Positions 12,133-21,416 of a stretch of DNA of 23,844 nucleotides are shown in pieces. The translations under genes were made by a program, and so were the position numbers. Numbering within the stretch: the first letter of the stretch is position 1; each line of letters begins with the position of its first letter. Under the pieces are notes generated by a model that was given only the letters and a program-made list of their open reading frames with translations, had not been told where the DNA came from and searched no databases. The stretch comes from Lobosporangium transversale (Eukaryota), in assembly GCF_002105155.1 (NCBI RefSeq), contig NW_019029001.1:620001-643844 (forward strand), given 5' to 3'.

Positions 12133-12329
12133 ATAACAAGGACCCTCAGGGTCATGGGATTTATTTTCTACATTCTATGAACAAAATGCTCCAGAAACTA
12201 TAGTCAATAAATAGCTATTACTGCACAAACGACAAGAGCCGCTGTATCCATGATTTCATAAACCCTGACCGCCGTGGTTGGTACTCAAAGTCCACCTTTC
12301 CGACGTGGCCTGTTGCGCAACGCGACAAA

Positions 12330-13715
12330 TTATCCGCTATCCATAGTCATCAAAAACTTCATTCCACCTAGCCGCTCCATCACGTCCAGTTTGGCTTTCC
12401 CAAGGTAAATGTCCCGGACTCGGTCATCCGCGATCTTGTAGATCTCTTTTACATTCAGCTTCTGTCTTTGTCTGAGGGAAGGGACAAGGAAATCATTGCT
12501 ACTACGTCTGTGCTCCCCAACACAGTTGCGTCCTCTGGCGCGTTTGCTCAAAGCAGTGATTCCACGAGCCTTTTCCCATTCAACGGTGACTTTACACCGT
12601 TTGTTCCAGATTTCTGTACGACCGAATTCCTCTATGGCCTTGACGAAGCGCCCTGCCATATATGTAGCTATCCTTGTTGTTGTCTTGAAGCCAACTTTCC
12701 AACTCTGAGCAATGGACTTGGGCGTAAGTCCATGGTAAATGTCCTGCACAGACCAATCTGGTGTGTGCTCTCTCTCTTCCTCATCATCGCCGTTCCTATC
12801 ACCACGGCGTCGTACTTCTCGCACACCATCGATATGCATCTCCAGAGTTCCCCAAATGTAGTCCTCCTCTGCCGCAGTAAAAGTTGGCTCTTTTGTCCTT
12901 GGTGGGTCTACACCTCTCTCTCTGGCCCTTTGTGCTTGCTCCTGCACTGCTTTCAACTCTTTCCTCCATGTCCTCTCCCCTATCACATTCACATTTTGGA
13001 TTATCTCCTTCCACTTCTCGGCCTGAGTCTCCATCGTCCTTGGACATCTCCAGATGTGCGATGTATCTTCATCCTCTGTCCCACACACTCTGCAGTTGCC
13101 GTCTTCATAAAGGTCCGGCCTCCAGTGTCTCATATATAACTGTGTAGGCAACATTCCATGGAGTTTCTTGATCCTGTGCGCTCGCTTTTGGCAGTCCGCT
13201 GGGCTGGTGAAGAGTCCTTTCGGTAGGTTGCTATCATGAACAATGTTCATAGTAGCTCGCCAATCAATTTTTGTCCAATCCTTAACATGCTCCTGCATCC
13301 TGTTCTGAGCGATCCACGTGTGATGTGTACGAGTTGTTGACTGTAACTTAAGGATCTGCCTTAAGTCATCTTCCGCTGGTACACCGTTGAACTTTGCATG
13401 GCAGTACATGTCATTATGCTCCGTTATGTTGATATCCCATAGCTCGCCATAATGTCCATGTTTTGCTGCTTCGTCCGCTTCTTCGTTCCCTCGGTTGCCG
13501 GCATGTCCTTTGACCCACTCGACCGTGACTTCCGATCCTTGTTGAATAAATGCGTTGTGTATAGCTGCCCACCATACTGCATACGGTGATCTAATACGTT
13601 GTCGCAACGTGCTATCCACTCTGCCTCGGACCAATGCTCGGAATTGAGTCATAACTGCGCTGTTATCAAGTCGGATTGTCATAGGTCTGTTTCGTAGGCT
13701 GATAAGTATTCCTGC

Positions 13716-13718
<3 letters not shown>
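12330..13718 (-). pseudogene. C-terminal part of LINE-B ORF2 (RNase H C-half and zinc finger). No start codon of its own.
   Basis: Open frame with WVKGHAGNRGNEEAD and C-X2-C-X8-H-X3-C motifs. The upstream continuation lies at 15211-15339. Confidence 0.85.
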
Positions 13719-13749
<31 letters not shown>

Positions 13750-15192
13750 ATAACAAGGACCCACGAGGTCATGTAGGATTTATTTAGATGTTAGCTCTAT
13801 AAATGGGTTGCCCCATTACTGGGGTCGCAAATAAAGCGGTATCCAATAATCGACCGAAGCCGCATCGTCATACTGCCACAGTACTACATCCTGTTCATAA
13901 ACCACGTCAGCATTGAATAGACTTCCTTGGTCCCAGAGGACCTGTGGCACGGCTCTACTCCCTACTTGGCCTGTTGTGCGCGAAGGTCATCCTTTAGCCG
14001 CTGTCCTCAATCATCAAAAATTTACAGCTTTCCAGGCGCTCCATAATCGCCAATTCCACCTGCTGCCGGTAGCTTTCCGCCACTCGCCGGTCTGCCTCAG
14101 TCCTGATCACCTTCACATCTGCTGTTCGTCGTTGTCCCTGGTGAGAGCCAAAGAATTCACCTCTGCTACGTCTGTGCCTCCCAACACAGTTGCGTCCCCT
14201 GGCGCGTTTGCTCACAGAGGTGATACCATTGTCTCTTTCCCAGTTGACGGTGACTTTGCAGCGTCTGTTCCAGATTTCAGTCCTGCCGAGTTCCTCGATT
14301 GACTTGACAAAGCGGCAAACAATGTACCTTGAGATCGATGCTGTGGTTCTGAAGATCGTCTTCCATTTTTGTATCAGTTCCTTCGGCACCAAACCGTGGT
14401 ACAAGTCTTGGACAGTCCAGTGGGCATCCTCACCCTCGTTCCTCCGTCCCATATCCACATCTTCCTCACCAAACAGAGTGCTCGCATGTCGAATCTCTCT
14501 GACGCCCTTGAACATCGCTTCCAAAGAGCCCCAAATCACGTTGTCGGCTACAGGTGTAAACGAGGGGCCTCCTTTATTCAGGTTTGGCTCCTGTGTTTTC
14601 CCTTGTTTGTCTTCCCGGAGCTTCTTCTCCTTCACTAATGCTCTTTTGCCATCCTTCGTGATGAGTTCTATGGCCTGCTTCCAACCTTTCAATTGCTCGT
14701 CCAGTGTCATGGGACATCGCCAGAGGTGTTCTATGTCCTCCTGCTCCTGTTCACACATCCTGCAGATGTCAGTCTCATACAGGTCCGGTCGCCACTGCCT
14801 CATATAAGTGAGTGTAGGAAGCATGCCATGGACCTTTTTTATTCTGTGCGCTCTCTTGTGACAATCTGCTGGGCTGGTGAAGAGGCCTCTAGGCGTGTTG
14901 CCATCGTGAAGAATATGCAGGCTTGCTTTCCATTCTACTTCTCGCCAGTCTGCAATATAATTCCTGACTCTGTTCTGAGATGCCCACAAGTAATGTGTTC
15001 TCACTGCTGATTGGAGTTTTAGCAGGTGTCTAAGATCATCCTCCACCACCTCGTTCTCGAAAATAGCGTGACAGCGCAGATCGTTGTGTTCCAGTCCTTT
15101 GATTGTCCACATTTCGCTAAAATGAGCATCTTTGGCGGCTTGGTCTGCCCTTATACTGCCTCTATTCCCAGCATGGCCCTTGACCCATTTCA
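13719..15192 (-). mobile_element. 5'-truncated non-LTR retrotransposon LINE-C (related subfamily) nested in LINE-B
   Basis: T30 tail at 13719-13748. Perfect 18-bp TSD GATAAGTATTCCTGCCAA at 13701-13718 and 15193-15210. Open frame from KWVKGHAGNRG to the stop at 13994, with CRMCEQEQEDIEHLWRC. Colinear with the LINE-B protein. Confidence 0.92.
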
Positions 15193-15338
15193 GATAAGTA
15201 TTCCTGCCAACAAACCAGCTAGCTCTGCCTTTGTCGAGGATGCGTTGCCTGCTACTCTACCAGATAGCGCAGTGTAAAAATCACCCTCTTGTGTCTGGAC
15301 TACTACACCAAATGCCATATTTACTCTTTCAGTGCCAA

Positions 15339-16387
15339 TATCTTAGTATTATTTAGAATCATTTTTTTTCCTGTTAACAAGAACCCACAGAGGTGAGGAA
15401 TTTTATTTCATAATCTCGCTCTAAAGTAATGATATCGCCCTCAACTATGAAACAAGCGAAACTCTCAAAGTTCGCACGGGATGGCTGTGAAGAGCCAATT
15501 CGTATCCATGTTTTTCTCTACCAATGTACACCGTGATCGGTACTCGAAGTCCATCCTTCCGATGTGGCCTGTTGCGCCCGTGAAAAGCCGCGGAGGCTGG
15601 CGTGCCGACTCTAGCTAAGGACGACTTTTAATTTTTTCTATTCGATCAAATCCACTGGCATGTGGACCCAAATCTTGCGGGATTGGTCTGAAATTTCTAC
15701 TTTGGACTCCTTCAAACTTTGTGATCATCGCTGTCCTAGTCAAGTGGATAGATGGGGATGTGCTGCCAGATGTACCGCTGGTTCGGCCGGGGGGTGGAAT
15801 ATATAGCTAAGACGTGTGCCCAGCCAGGCGACTTAGGGTAGTGCACCCACGATCTTAGCCTTAGCGGAGAACACTAGGCTGTCTCGGAGAGAAAGTATAA
15901 AAACTCAAGCAAATCCCTGACCTGGCACATGTTTGCTTCACTTTATGTGCCTTAACCAGGACTCGAACCCGGCCCCTGGGTAGTATTATTTAGAATCATT
16001 ATCGTAACCCAAAACTACGAGGCTCTTGCCCAATTCTTCATATTCATCATTTACCTACTAGTTTTCAGAGATCACTAGTAGATGCACCACGACATCTGAA
16101 AAAATCACTGTCTTAAGAACCGGGGGTTTATACTGAGATGCCCTTAAAACCGCAACGAGACGCAAATACATAGAACACACTGAAGTGTTGTACCAAGATA
16201 AAGGTAAGGAACACTTCAGGGACGGAGAGTCCACTATTTATTATAGCGGGGAGGATCGGGTGGCTGAGCTCACGTCCAGGCAGGACGGGGTGGGTTTGAG
16301 GGTACCACTATAGGTATACCTCTGGTCCTACCTACCATGACGTCACTTGTTATAGGACGTGAGCTTAAGTTGCCTCGATTTAGGACA
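15339..16387 (-). repeat. Probable 3' LTR of the Ty3/gypsy element (about 410 bp once the SINE is removed)
   Basis: Minus strand: purine-rich GTGGGGAG (PPT-like) then TGTCCTA starting at 16387, TATA-like TATAATAAATA (16245-16235), and a possible end TAAGATA at 15339 abutting LINE-B coding sequence. The 5' LTR is not in the window, so the boundaries are inferred. Confidence 0.5.
15362..15980 (-). mobile_element. Candidate tRNA-derived SINE (5'-truncated tRNA head, unique body, LINE-B-like 3' tail, A8)
   Basis: 18-bp TSD TAGTATTATTTAGAATCA at 15344-15361 and 15981-15998. Minus-strand 5' end CCGGG-TTCGAGT-CCTGG-TTAAGGC-A reads as T-arm/B-box plus acceptor-like strand. 15531-15577 matches the LINE-B 3'UTR at 12272-12318 at 41/47. 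No ORF called in the track. Confidence 0.72.
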
Positions 16388-19300
16388 GACTCCCCACGAG
16401 AAATCCAAGCCGCCCCTGCGGCGTCAATCTTTGGATTGGGCCTTGAGAGGGAACGTGGTGGTCGCGCAGGAGGGGGCGATGCGGTAGCTGCGGGCCTTGC
16501 TGATGATGATGGGGCCGTTGTACGCGATGAACCTTCGAGGGGTATGGGTTGCACTGCTGTACCTACTTCTGGCTCCGACTGAGGCCCTCGCTCGTCTTCT
16601 TCTTGAATGGTCTCCATGGGGATGGTGAGTTCATCGCGACTGTTGCGGGTTTTATACCATGCGCGCGTCGGTTCTGGACTACCCGCGGGTAGATTCACTG
16701 GTTTCAGACGGTCTTTATGCACAAGGTCCATTTTCGCTTTTCCATCGGGCCAGATAAGCTTGTAGGCGCCAAAAGGGGTAATCGTCTCGACACGCAATGG
16801 TCCATACCAAGGGTATTCAAATTTCCTTTTCGCTATGTTTTTTACTAAAACCCAGTCGCCAATCTCGTACACTTGCCTCGGAGCTTCGGGGTCGATGTCA
16901 TGTCTCTCATTATACCTTTCCTCCATGAGCCTTGCGGCTTCCTGTTGCCGCTCCTCGTTTGATAGCCTCTCAAGTCTCAATCTTTCAAGCTCGGCCTCTC
17001 TCGCGGCTTGAACCTCTGTAAAAACCGCTCCATCGAATACATAAGGACGAGTGAGGTCGCCAGGTATCGTGGGCTCGATTCCATAGACTAGGTAGAATGG
17101 TGACTTCTTAGATACGCTATGTATTCTGGTGCGGCAGGCGAAAAGTGCCTGATCTAGAAAGAGGTCCCACTTGTGCTTCATCTTATCACCGACGTATTTT
17201 GTTAATGCGGCGCCGAGGATGCCATTAGTGCGTTCGGTTTTGCCATTTGTGCGCGGGTGATACGCGGAGGTGAGCCGGTGTTTAACTTTCATCTTCTTAA
17301 GATATTCTCGCAGGACCTCTGACATGAACTGACTGCCTCTATCGGAAATCAGCTCTGCGGGGCAACCAAAGTTCATGACAATTTCCTCATAAATGAAATT
17401 TGAGACTGTCTCGGCAGTGGCGTCAGGCGTAGCTTTGGCTATTGTCCAGCTAGTGGCGTAATCTACAGCGACTATTATCCACATGTTTCCATTCTTAGTC
17501 TTGGGACAGCGTCCGATGAAATCGATACCCCAGCGTTGGAAGGGTTTAGCCACCGAGAAAGTGTGGAGAGGTTCGGTGACCGTTGCTCCTCCGCGAGTCA
17601 GCTGGCATTCCTTGCAAGTACGGCATGCTTCTTGAATGCTCTCACGCATACGAGGCCACCAATATCTAGGCTGGATGCGTTCAAATAAGCCTTGCACACC
17701 GGGGTGTCCCATACTTTCATGCATTTTGGCCATGTAATCTGCGCGCCGAGCGAAATTTAAAAATTCTACTTGCGTATCACCCATCACTCTAAACACTTTC
17801 CCGTCTTCCACCACAAAATTATCCTCTTCCTCCCTCATTAAACCTAGGAAATCCTGGTGTGCGGGGTCAGCGAGGGTGCCCGTTTCCTTATACTCGACCA
17901 TTAATAGAGGCCAATCCATATCTTCCAATGTCTCGTCAAACTCTGCCTCTTCCATGGCCATCAATAATGCCTCCTCGAACGCCTCAACACCTGCGTCGTG
18001 GTTACTCTCTTTTATTCCGAGCTCCCCGTTGGCGAGTTCCATGAAGTTGCAGGTGACGTCCTTGGTATTCTCCTCATTAGGCCTAGAAAGAGCATCGGCA
18101 ACAGGGTTATCCTTGCCCGGACGATAGATGATAACATGATCTTGTTGCTCCATGTGTTGGCTCCATCCCGCCATGCGTCTGCTCATGCCTTTTTGTCGTT
18201 TTAAGAACACCAAACTGTGATTGTCGGTCAAGATGTTGACTGTTCTGCCCTGGATATAAGTACGCCATTCGTCGCAAGCGCGCACAATTGCATACAATTC
18301 GCGCTCATGTGTTGGCCATTTCTGCTGACCCTCATCTAATTTCCTCGACATGAAAGCGATAGGGTGCATTTCCTTCCGGCCGTTTGAACCAAAGTCCTGA
18401 CTCAGGACGGCACCAATGGCAGTGAGGGACGCATCAGTCTCGATGAAAAAGGGGCGAGAAAAATCGGCAAGGCGTAGAACGGGAGCTGAGGCGAGGGCTT
18501 GCTTGAGGTCGTCGAAGGCAGCTTGTTCTCTCTCGCCCCACGGCGAGGGGAGAGGTCTGGTCTTGATTTTGTTGTTGTCTTTTTCTTTTGTGAGATCTGT
18601 GAGGGGAGCGGCCCGAGAGGCATAATTTTTAATAAATTTGCGGTAGTAGCCAGCCATACCTAAAAATCGACGAACCTCTTGAACATTGGTGGGCGCCGTC
18701 AATGATTGGATGCTTTCTGTCTTTGAGGGGTCGACTTTCAAGCCTTCACCGCTCACAACGTGGCCTAAGAAGAGGAGTTCAGGCTTGCCGAATTCGCATT
18801 TGGACATCTTGACCTTGAGTTGATATTTCGCCAGACGTTCAAGTACCCAACGCAAATGTTCCTTATGGTCCTCAGGGTTGCGACTGAATACTAGGATATC
18901 ATCCATGAAGACTAAACAAAATTTATCTAGACCGCCTTGCAGAACTTCATTCATCATCCCCTGGAAGGACGCAGGTGCGTTAGTCAAACCAAAAGGCATC
19001 ACCAAATATTCAAAGTGACCATAGCGGGTACCAAAAGCGGTCTTTTCCACGTCGCTGGGGTTAACTCGAATCTGATTGAAGCCTGATTGCAAATCGAGTT
19101 TAGAAAACTCGGTTGCACCTGAGAGTCGGTCGAAGAATTCATCAATGAGTGGCAGAGGGTACTTATTCTTGACGGTAATTGCATTGAGCGCGCGGTAGTC
19201 TACACACAGACGGAGGCTTCCGTCTTTCTTCCTAGCGAATACAACGGGCGCTGACCAAGGGGAAATACTGGGCCGAATGAAGCCTTTCTTCTGCAGCTCT

Positions 19301-20660
19301 TCTAATTGCTCCTTTAATGCATCCAGTTCCTCAGGCGACATCCTCCGCACCGGCATGGCGATAGGGAGGGCCGAGCCAGTCTCGATGCGATGATCAACGT
19401 GACGGTGTGGGGGAAGTTTGTTCAAGTCGGCGAAGACGGAGTCTGCGAATTCCTCTATCAGCGCGCGGTATCTCTCTGGGACCTTTTCTGCTCCCTCACC
19501 GGCGGCGTCAACGGAATTGACCACTAACTCTACTTCGTCCCCACTGGTAAAGCAAACTCCATAATCCTCTGTAGTATTCAGGATCTTCTTGAAATGCTTC
19601 ACTCCGACGAGGCGAACGTCTGTACGGTTCTTGGCCTCATGCTCTGCAGAGGTTGAGATCAGATGATCTTTTTCTTTTTCTGTAGATTCCCCATTTTTTG
19701 TCTCCTCATTTGCTTTCACCATTTCTACTTGCTCCATTCCATCGCTCTTCACATTTCCCATTGTTGCTTCCTCGCCCTCTCTTACTGTCGTATTCCACAG
19801 TTCGTCTGTGCCTGCCACTGTCTCTGCGACACTTTCTATGACGTCTCCTTCCATTGTCCTTTCTGCAGTTTCCTTAACGCTCTTATTGTCGCTCGCCCCG
19901 GTAGATTCAATATTTGAAGCCAGCTGGCCATTATTTTCCTCCCTTACGCTGCGTATCGCCTGCCAACCTTTTCGACCTTGCCATTTGTATATTCCAGTAC
20001 GCCAATTTACCTGCGGGTTCCACTTTCGCAGCCAGGGTTGCCCTAGGATGATATCGTATCTCAAATTATCAACGACGACTCCCGTTTCTCTCATTACCTC
20101 GTCGCCCATACTGAGAGCAAGAGTAGCCGTGGTTGACGAGACAGAGCTCTGGCCACGAGCCATCAGGATCCTGACTGGTTTAGGTAAGGGTAGTAAACGG
20201 TAGTCTTCCTTCTTGAGATCCCTTATGAATTCAGAGCAGACGAAGTTACCGGAAGCACCGGAGTCGATCAGCACGCGTGCCCCTAAGGTTCCGACCTTTG
20301 CGCGTACTTCGTGCACCGGCCGGTTCAACTCTTTATAATTTTCTGGGGTATTGCCATTCTTTAGGTGATAGGACTGTAAAATATACGATGAAGAATTGCG
20401 ACCTTTATTGCCAGGGCAGTACTCTATTCTATGTCCAGGGATCCCACAGCCGTAGCATCGCGGCTTACTTCTATCTGGACAGTTTGCCTTGATATGGCCG
20501 TTCTTGCCGCAGTGGAAGCACTTTCGACCCTCACTATGCTGGCGAGTCTGCATGGCCGCAACCTCAAGCTCTTCCTCCGTGAAACGCTGCCGGACATGGT
20601 CCAAATCCATGGACATGTCTGGCGCACTTGGCACACTGGACCTGGGGGCGCCGGCATTAG
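16270..20660 (-). mobile_element. Ty3/gypsy LTR retrotransposon gag(3' part)-pol, single uninterrupted ORF of about 1460 codons, truncated within gag
   Basis: MDLD motif, two CCHC knuckles, protease LIDSGASGNF, RT (SPWSAPVV, LCVDYRALN, MPFGLTNAP, FMDDIL), RNase H (ETDAS, ELYAI, TDNHSL), integrase (H..MGH/C..C, WGIDFIG, SDRGSQF, NGKTERTN) and WYGPLRV. PR-RT-RH-INT order. Confidence 0.96.
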
Positions 20661-21416
20661 TACTAGCGAAGTGAGATGTTTTTCAGATATTAGAAGTCAA
20701 GGAGATCAAAAGTTGTTTTTATTATTGTCAAACGAGAGCCTTTTATCAAGGACTCTCTATGACCGTCACATGATATTCTGACCTTTTGAATAAAGAATTA
20801 ATCTATTTGACAACCCGGGTTGTCACTCTTATTTGACAACCCCCCCCCTTAATTATTTTTCTCAATTTTTTTTCTTTGCGTGACAACCCGGGTTGCCAAA
20901 TAGTAAAATATCTAATTTGACAACCCCAAGCTCACTATTATTTGACAACCCTTTTTTTATTGGCAAGATTATTATGTGAAAATCGTTTCTATTGCTATCC
21001 CTCAGCAACACGAAATCCCTCCAGCAATCTAAAAGCTTCCATCAAATAACAAACTTTTTTTTTTTGGTTACGAGATGTTGTTTTTTTATTACAACTGATT
21101 TCTAAAACAAGGGTTGCTTTTATAGAAAATGTGCCTATACGGGTAACATGCACTAAGGGGTTTTTTTGGATATATAAGCATGCATAAATTCGGAGTGGTT
21201 ATGCGACGCTTGATGGCGCATGCGTAAGACGCGGAAAGGAAAAAAAAGAGAGACAGAAGAAGCTATAACCACAGTCATGATAATGGAGTGTTGTCACCAT
21301 TTTAGAAATCCAGCTGAGAAAGGCTCTCCATAAGTACAAGAGGGTGAAGACTTGTCATGTGACAGGTTGAAAAAGACAGTTTTTCTTCTTTTTTTGACAA
21401 CCCGGGTTGTCAAATA

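Larger units (their letters stand above)
12101..15339 (-). mobile_element. Non-LTR retrotransposon LINE-B: 3' part with RNase H, C-terminal CCHC finger, 3'UTR and poly(A). Interrupted by LINE-C.
   Basis: T31 tail at 12101-12131, stop at 12330-12332. Removing 13719-15210 gives one frame: IGTERVNMAFGVVV...SSTKAELAGLLAGILISLRNRPMTIRLDNSAV...WVKGHAGNRGNEEADEAAK (RNase H), then CRVCGTEDEDTSHIWRC. Confidence 0.88.

Noticed and set aside
13719..13772. Met start and poly-Lys N-terminus of the 480-aa ORF
   Set aside because: Artefact of reading through the LINE-C 3' end and poly(A) tail. The real upstream frame is at 15211-15339.
15940..15980. Functional tRNA gene
   Set aside because: Only the T-arm and 3' acceptor-like strand are present. 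The D-arm/A-box and anticodon are replaced by the TSD.
20662..20700. Helitron 3' end (CTAG|T on the minus strand)
   Set aside because: No GC-rich subterminal hairpin and no Rep/helicase evidence.
20803..20951. Palindromic repeats resembling a CRISPR array
   Set aside because: Spacing and unit length are irregular, inverted copies occur at the far end, the context is eukaryotic TE sequence, and there are no cas genes.
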